This document shows, piece after piece, positions 58,021 to 64,000 of a stretch of DNA of 64,000 bases. Both the position numbers and the translations under genes were made by a program. Numbering within the stretch: position 1 is the stretch's first letter; every line of letters starts with the position of its first letter. The notes beneath the pieces are model-generated. The model had not been told where the DNA came from, did no database searches, and was given only the letters and a program-made list of their open reading frames with translations. The stretch is from assembly GCA_963832745.1 (NCBI GenBank), contig CAWHVC010000005.1, forward strand, positions 32,001 through 96,000, in the 5' to 3' direction. This DNA is from Candidatus Bathyarchaeota archaeon. GTDB lineage: Archaea; Thermoproteota; Bathyarchaeia; Bathyarchaeales; Bathycorpusculaceae.

Positions 58021-59290
58021 AATTGTCTTATTTTTTGCTAAATCAGTTTTCTTTATGGTGCTTTAGGGTTTGAAGATTTGGATCGTGCTGTTTTCTTTAT
58101 TTTCAGTAAATGATAATTTTTTGTCTATAACAAAATCTATTAACTGAGAATTATTACTCAAATTTTAATTTTAACTGATATTTCCCCTTGGAGGTTTCTT
58201 CAATACTAATCATAGAAGGAGGTATACTGCTCTGTTTTACCAGCGCCTTTAGGAGATTAATTGCTTCGTCACGGTTCATAGGAGTTTGAACTCCTCTGAA
58301 TTATTTCTCACCGATTTGATATTTATAATATCTAAAAATTAATTGCAAAAATTTTACCCTACATTGGCACATCCTCATTTACTGTCACAATTAATTGATT
58401 GACCACTAAGCTGACTTTAACTGGTTGATGTGATTTTTCAGATTGCTTTTGTAGCCATTACTTTTTTTCATTACACTTCTAAACTCAATTATTAATTAGG
58501 TTGATCTAAGAAACCGCTTCTTTACATGAGCTCTGTTGATTTTAGCTAACGAGTAAGTGCGACCTTGATAAAAAAAAATTGGCAACTATTCAACCAAACA
58601 TCATTATTTTTAAATAAAAAAGTTATGTCATAAATAATACCTAAAATTAAACTGTTAAATCACAAAGAAAGATCAACGAAAAGAAAGCTAAAGTTTAGAG
58701 AGGCATTTCTAGTGAGCGGTATATGTTTTTGTGTAATTTTAGTCTGTGTTTTCTTAGATGGTTAGGGGTTTTCAAGTAATTTTTTGCGGAATAGACATTT
58801 ATAAAAGGTTGCTTTTTTCAAAAAAAATCCCTTAAACAAAAGAAGGCTTGCTTGGATATAATTGCTTCATTATGAGACAACATTTTCTTTTATTTTGTTT
58901 TTTCTAACATGTACCAGTGGATCGGAATATGCTCTTAAGATAAGTGGTTTATCTGCTAACAAGAAATGGTTGCTAGCCCCTCTCACTCTTTTTGGCAACC
59001 TAACTATGCTAGCACAAAGGTAAATCACTTATAACATTTTTTTAAAAAAACAATTTTAACAGTATTAGGTATGCAACAAAAACATGGCTTTAACTATCTT
59101 CCAGAGTATGCAACAGACATTATTAAAAGGGCTTGACTACTTTGGCTAAAGTTGTACAACCCTTTTATTTCTCAGGTCTGCTAATTGTAGAATTGTTGTC
59201 TTGTTCTTCTATGGTGTCTCGAGAGCTAACTCTCTTTGTTGTCTTTTCTCCGTGGTGTTGCAGTCAAGAAAAGCAGGTGCTAATAGTTGG

Positions 59291-59590
59291 GTGAAGCTGT
59301 TTAAACCTGTCAAGAAACCATCATCAAACCGTTCGGCAAAGGAGCGCAGAAATATGTTATTTCGCGTTTTAGACGGCGTATTAAGCCTGTCTCACCAAAA
59401 AATTCATACAGGCGGTAAAAGCGACCGCGCTAAGCAGGGTTGGGCACGGGTTTTGGTTTCAGCAGTCTCAGCCTATGGCCCTTTGCTTAAAGATGAGGAA
59501 CTTCGAGCTTAGGGTAATAGACATTAGAGGAGAAACTAAAAAACAACGTTCTGATTCCAAAACCAGAGGACAAAACGAAATGAACACCCT
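59291..59590 (+). CDS. hypothetical helical protein, possibly mobile-element derived (frameshifted; end approximate)
   Basis: AKQGWARVLVSAVSAYGPLLKDEEL followed by a coiled-coil-like tail in a shifted frame. Confidence 0.45.
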
Positions 59591-59784
59591 AAGCAGAAAA
59601 CTGTATGCATTAGAAAAAAATGTGCTGCCAGAACTTCCAGAAAAAGGTAAAACAAGAATAACATGGGACAACGGAGACACAACGTTAGATGAAGCAGAAA
59701 ACTAATTACACAGACGTGCAACACAAATCTTGCAATACCACGCCAATGAATTGCAGGCATCGTAGACTGACAGAAATGCATTTC

Positions 59785-60517
59785 CTACTTCCATTTGGTC
59801 AGTATTTCTTCACGTCTGAAAGTAGCTTTACTCAAAAAGTAAAGAATTGCATCAATAACTAAGACCACGGCGGAGAATATTAGAAGGTTAGCTATGCTGA
59901 ACGAAAAAAGCCCTTGCACCCCAGCGGCGAACACAAGAACAAACGGAATAAACATGAGTCCTGCAATCTGGTTTGCACCCCGCACGTCGGTAACTCGTGA
60001 GGAGACTATCACGGCTACCTCAATGCTTAAAATTCCTCCGAGAGGAGCTAAAAGCAGCAACATTACGCCAGCGTTCCAGTTGGGAAAATAGTAGTAGCCT
60101 AAACCAGCGTTGACTAGTATGTAATCAGTTGCTGCCATGAAGATTGATGCACCCATCCACGAAGACAGGATAGGCGGTATAAAGGCAGCAATGCCTTTTC
60201 CGAGAAGAATCTCTCCATCTGTGGTCGGTGTCGCAAGCAACGGTTCAAGTGTCTTCTCAACTTTTTCACCCACAATACTGTATGCAGCAATAGTGCTGGG
60301 GAGAACTGTCGTAATAACGACGAAGATATAGATGACAGATTCAGCGCCCAGTGATAATGTCCCAGGGATTCCGTTAGCCGTTAGGCTGCTGAATTACGAG
60401 TGAGAAAGCGATTGCGACGAGAAGGGGAAGCCCAAATGTGTAGACGATGATGCTTTTCTTTCTGCTGATTACCTTCAACTCTTTAAGAGCTATCTTCCAT
60501 GGAATCCATTCAGTCAT
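59785..60517 (-). CDS. ABC-2 type exporter permease (frameshifted)
   Basis: WKIALKELK N-terminus; VGEKVEKTLEPLLATP, FRREEILTKWK. Confidence 0.85.
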
Positions 60518-61450
60518 TGCTTATTCTCCCTCACTAGTTTCAGGTAGGCATCTTCCAACGAACTGCTGGTCACAGTAACAGTCTCGATACGCCCACCCGC
60601 TGAGACGATTGTATCCACAACATCAGGATTCTCCTCTTGAGGGATCCATAACATCGAAAGTCAACTTGTTATCCTCTGAGACCAAGTTCTTCACTTTTAG
60701 TTTTCTGAGGGAATCCAAAATCAATTTGCTTGAATGTATGAGTTGAATCACTGTTTTTCTTCCATGGATGGAGCGTTCCAGTTGTTCGGGAGTACCCACA
60801 GCCATCAGCTTGGTATTCAAGATGCCAATCTTGTCGCAGATTCTTTGCGCCTCATCGAGATTGTGAGTGTTGAGAAAAATTGTTTTCTTCTTCTCCTTCA
60901 ATTCAAGGATAAACTCCCTGACTGACTTTGAAGCTTCTGGATCAAGGTTCGCAGTCGGTTCATCCATGAAAACTATCTTTGGATCGTGAACCAAAGCTCG
61001 TGCTATGGCGAGTTTTTGTTTCATTCCCTTAGAGAACGTTCCCACTGAGAACATCTCTTCTTCGCCCAGAGACCAAAGCAATTTGAGGAAGTATTCATTG
61101 CTTTCTCTTCGTTCGGAGTCAGTCCGTCTGTAAAGTGTTCCATAGTAGTCAAGGTTCTCGTAGGCAGTAAAGCGGTACTCATACAGCCTGACATTATCGG
61201 GAACGAGTCCGATAATCTTCCTAATCTTCAAAGCATTTTCTTCGCTACCAACTTCGTATCCTCCGATCTTAGCGGTACCGCTTGTCTTTGCTATAGGAAG
61301 CAGAGAAATTCCTACCTGTTGTCGTTTTTCCTGCACCGTTGGGTCCTAAGGAGATCGAAAGACTTCACCCTCGTCAACGCTAAGGGTTAGATTATCAACA
61401 GCTGTTATACTACCGAACTTCCTTGTGAGATTCACAGTTTCAATCATCAT
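60514..61450 (-). CDS. ABC transporter ATP-binding protein (frameshifted)
   Basis: LGPNGAGKTT, FSKGMKQK, DEPT, THNL, SLEDAYL. Confidence 0.88.
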
Positions 61451-61906
61451 GAGTCAATCACCACTAAAGTTTCAATTCATGCCTTCTTAGCGTGGAGTTG
61501 CTTATCACTTTAAAAATTATCCTGAAAATGGAAGCTAGTTAGCTTTAATAAACATTTTATGGCTAAGTGCCAGCTAGGGAACCGAACCCTCTGTGTCCAT
61601 GTTAGTTTTTGTACTGGGGATGGGCATCTGATTTGAAGTAATGAACCCTACCCCGATTATGGTTTAAAGAGTTGTCTTGCATTGTTTATTTGCCTCAATA
61701 ACTCTTTTCGGTCCCCTGCCTAATAAAATAGTTCAATTTTCATGACTTCATATGGTGAGACGGTCAGCCAAAAACCTATCCTTGGATTAATGTGATTGCA
61801 TAAGTGAGTAAACTGCGTATTTTTGATTCATGAAAGGTTTATTAATTTTCTTATAATTCTTTTTTTTGGGCCTTTTATTATATACCTGAAATCTGGCGAG
61901 TGATTA

Positions 61907-63313
61907 TTGTCTGGTTTATCTCACACTCAAAAATCTAAGCAACAAAAAAGTCGCTTCATCTACGTTGCAGGCGTAATTTCAGCTTTAGGTGGACTACTGT
62001 TTGGTTATGATACTGGCGTAATTTCCGGCGCTATACTGTTTGTGAAACAAGAATTCGCTTTATCCCCAACAGTTGAGGAGTTAGTTGTGAGTGCAGTTTT
62101 ATTGGGTGCTTTAATGGGGGCCGGCATAGGTGGACCATTAGGCGATAAAGCGGGCAGACGAAAAACACTGATTATCGCAGCGACCATTTTTGCTCTTGGC
62201 GCAATAGGAACATCGCTTTCCCCAAACGTTGCCTTCTTGGTAGCTGGACGAATAATTGTTGGACTTGCAATAGGTGTCGCTTCTTTTACAGCTCCACTTT
62301 ACTTATCTGAAATTTCACCGGCTAAAATTCGAGGTCGTTTGGTAGCGTTTAACCAACTTGCGTTAACAATTGGCATAGTTATTTCATATTTGGTCGATTA
62401 TGCGTTTTCTGCTTCAGCTGATTGGCGAATAATGTTTGGTTTAGCGGCTGTTCCTGCAGCCATTTTAGGCGTTGGTATGTTTTTGATGCCTGATAGCCCA
62501 CGGTGGCTCATAATGGACAGCAAGAGCAGCGAAGCCAAAAAAGTTTTGTTAAGAATTGATCCCGCAAAAAATCCAGACAAAGATATATCAGACATTGAAC
62601 GGAGTTTGAAGCTTCAAAAAACCGGTTGGCATGAACTTTTTGGTCCAATGGTTAAACCGGCGTTAATAATAGGTATCGGATTAGCTATATTCCAGCAAAT
62701 CACCGGAATTAACACAGTAATTTACGATGCTCCAACGATCTTTCAGTTCGCGGGAATTGCTTCAGCTTCTAACGCCATTCTTGTCACAGCTATTGTTGGT
62801 GTAGTTAACGTTGTCCTGACAGGCGTGGCTGTGGCGCTTCTTGACAAAGTAGGAAGGCGCCCCCTTCTACTCATTGGTCTCACTGGAATGGTGGTAAGTT
62901 TAGCAGTTTTAGGCGTAGCTTTCTTTATACCCCCCTCTCAGGGACGGTAGGCATAGTTGCGACAATAGCGTTAATGGCTTATGTTGGGTCCTTTGCCATA
63001 GGATTAGGACCCATCTTTTGGCTTCTAATATCAGAAATTTTTCCGCTCAAAATAAGAGGTAAAGCGATGAGTATAGCCACAGAAGCCAATTGGGGGTTTA
63101 ACCTTGTGATCGCTTTGACGTTTCTAAGTCTCATTGGCATTATCGGACGTTCAGGGACTTTTTGGTTCTATGGAGCAGTAGGAATTATCGCATGGATTTT
63201 CTCCTATATGCTAGTCCCAGAAACACGTGGACGCACACTAGAAAAGTATCGAGGAACATTGGAGAAAAGGTAAACATCCAAAGGAGATGAAACCAGACGC
63301 AGAAACAAAGTAA
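61907..63313 (+). CDS. sugar porter family MFS transporter (frameshifted near 62945 and 63245)
   Basis: GGLLFGYDTGVISGA, GRR, PDSPRWL, QQITGIN, PETRG. Confidence 0.92.
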
Positions 63314-64000
63314 AGTCCCTCCTGGTCATCCAGGATTAGCACCAAACTGGACAACAAGCATGAAACAAGGCATAGGCACAGCAGTCAGCGGACGAAGCCG
63401 AGTATGGTTTAGCATCGCACATGGAAAAATTACTGAAGTATATTACCCAAACGTTGATCAAGCAAACATTCGACTCCTGGAATTATTAGTTACCAACCGT
63501 AAGGATTTCTTTTCTGACGAAATCCAAAGATACCACACATGAGGTTATGATGGTTGATTCAGGTGTATTAGGTTACAGAATTGTCAATCAATGCATCAAA
63601 GGATACTATGAGTTAGAAAAAACTGGGCTAACTGACCCAACAGAGGACACGTTACTAAGAAAGTGTTAAGGTTGTGGCGAAAAAAGGGCAGCTTTCAGAC
63701 TATGACATGTATGCTTTGCTGGCGCCTCACATAGGCAACCAAGGTTACGGCAACACTGGCTGGGCCGGAGAATACAAGGGAACACCGATGTTGTTTGCAT
63801 CACGAGAGGGAACCGCTCTTGCCCTGGCATGTTCTACGCCGTTTAGCACAATGAGCTGCGGTTACGTCGGTTTCAGCGACGGCTGGCAAGATTTGAACAA
63901 AAACAAGCACCTAACAGAACAGTACGATAGTGCAGCCGACGGTAATATCGCGTTAACCGGACAAATAGACCTAAAGAAAAGAGCAATGGATCTTTTGTTT
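63287..64000 (+). CDS. glucoamylase/glucodextranase (GH15) N-terminal domain, partial and frameshifted
   Basis: PGHPG..PNW...KQGIGTA, RVWFSIAHGKITEVYYP, SCGYVGFSDGWQDL, GNIALTG. Confidence 0.85.

Overview
Archaeal genomic window; gene families, intergenic style and integrase type suggest Bathyarchaeia (inference). Many homopolymer-type frameshifts at 30.8-32.8 kb and beyond about 45 kb look like long-read errors. 0.1-26.9 kb is one minus-strand surface-glycosylation locus: flippase, 9 glycosyltransferases, amino-sugar enzymes, two Gfo/Idh/MocA + DUF362 pairs, DUF2206, DUF1616 and a wHTH regulator. 27-45 kb is mixed: a CBS + HPF-like putative ribosome hibernation factor, an unannotated operon of three related proteins with a shared C-terminal motif, a CPA1 antiporter, a beta-CASP nuclease, ArsR, an OYE-family reductase, a roadblock/roadblock/HAMP-only signalling operon and a NosD-type surface protein. 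48.8-53.3 kb is an approximately 4.4 kb element integrated at tRNA-Leu, with an HUH rolling-circle Rep containing a phiX/pC194-like nick motif, a DUF4209/HEPN-like cargo gene and a Zn-ribbon tyrosine integrase; an older degenerate att copy lies further left. 53.5-64 kb holds regulators, a PAS histidine kinase, an ABC exporter, a sugar porter and the start of a GH15 glucoamylase. A 60-70 bp periodic palindromic element occurs three times. All family assignments come from motif recognition by eye; no searches were run.
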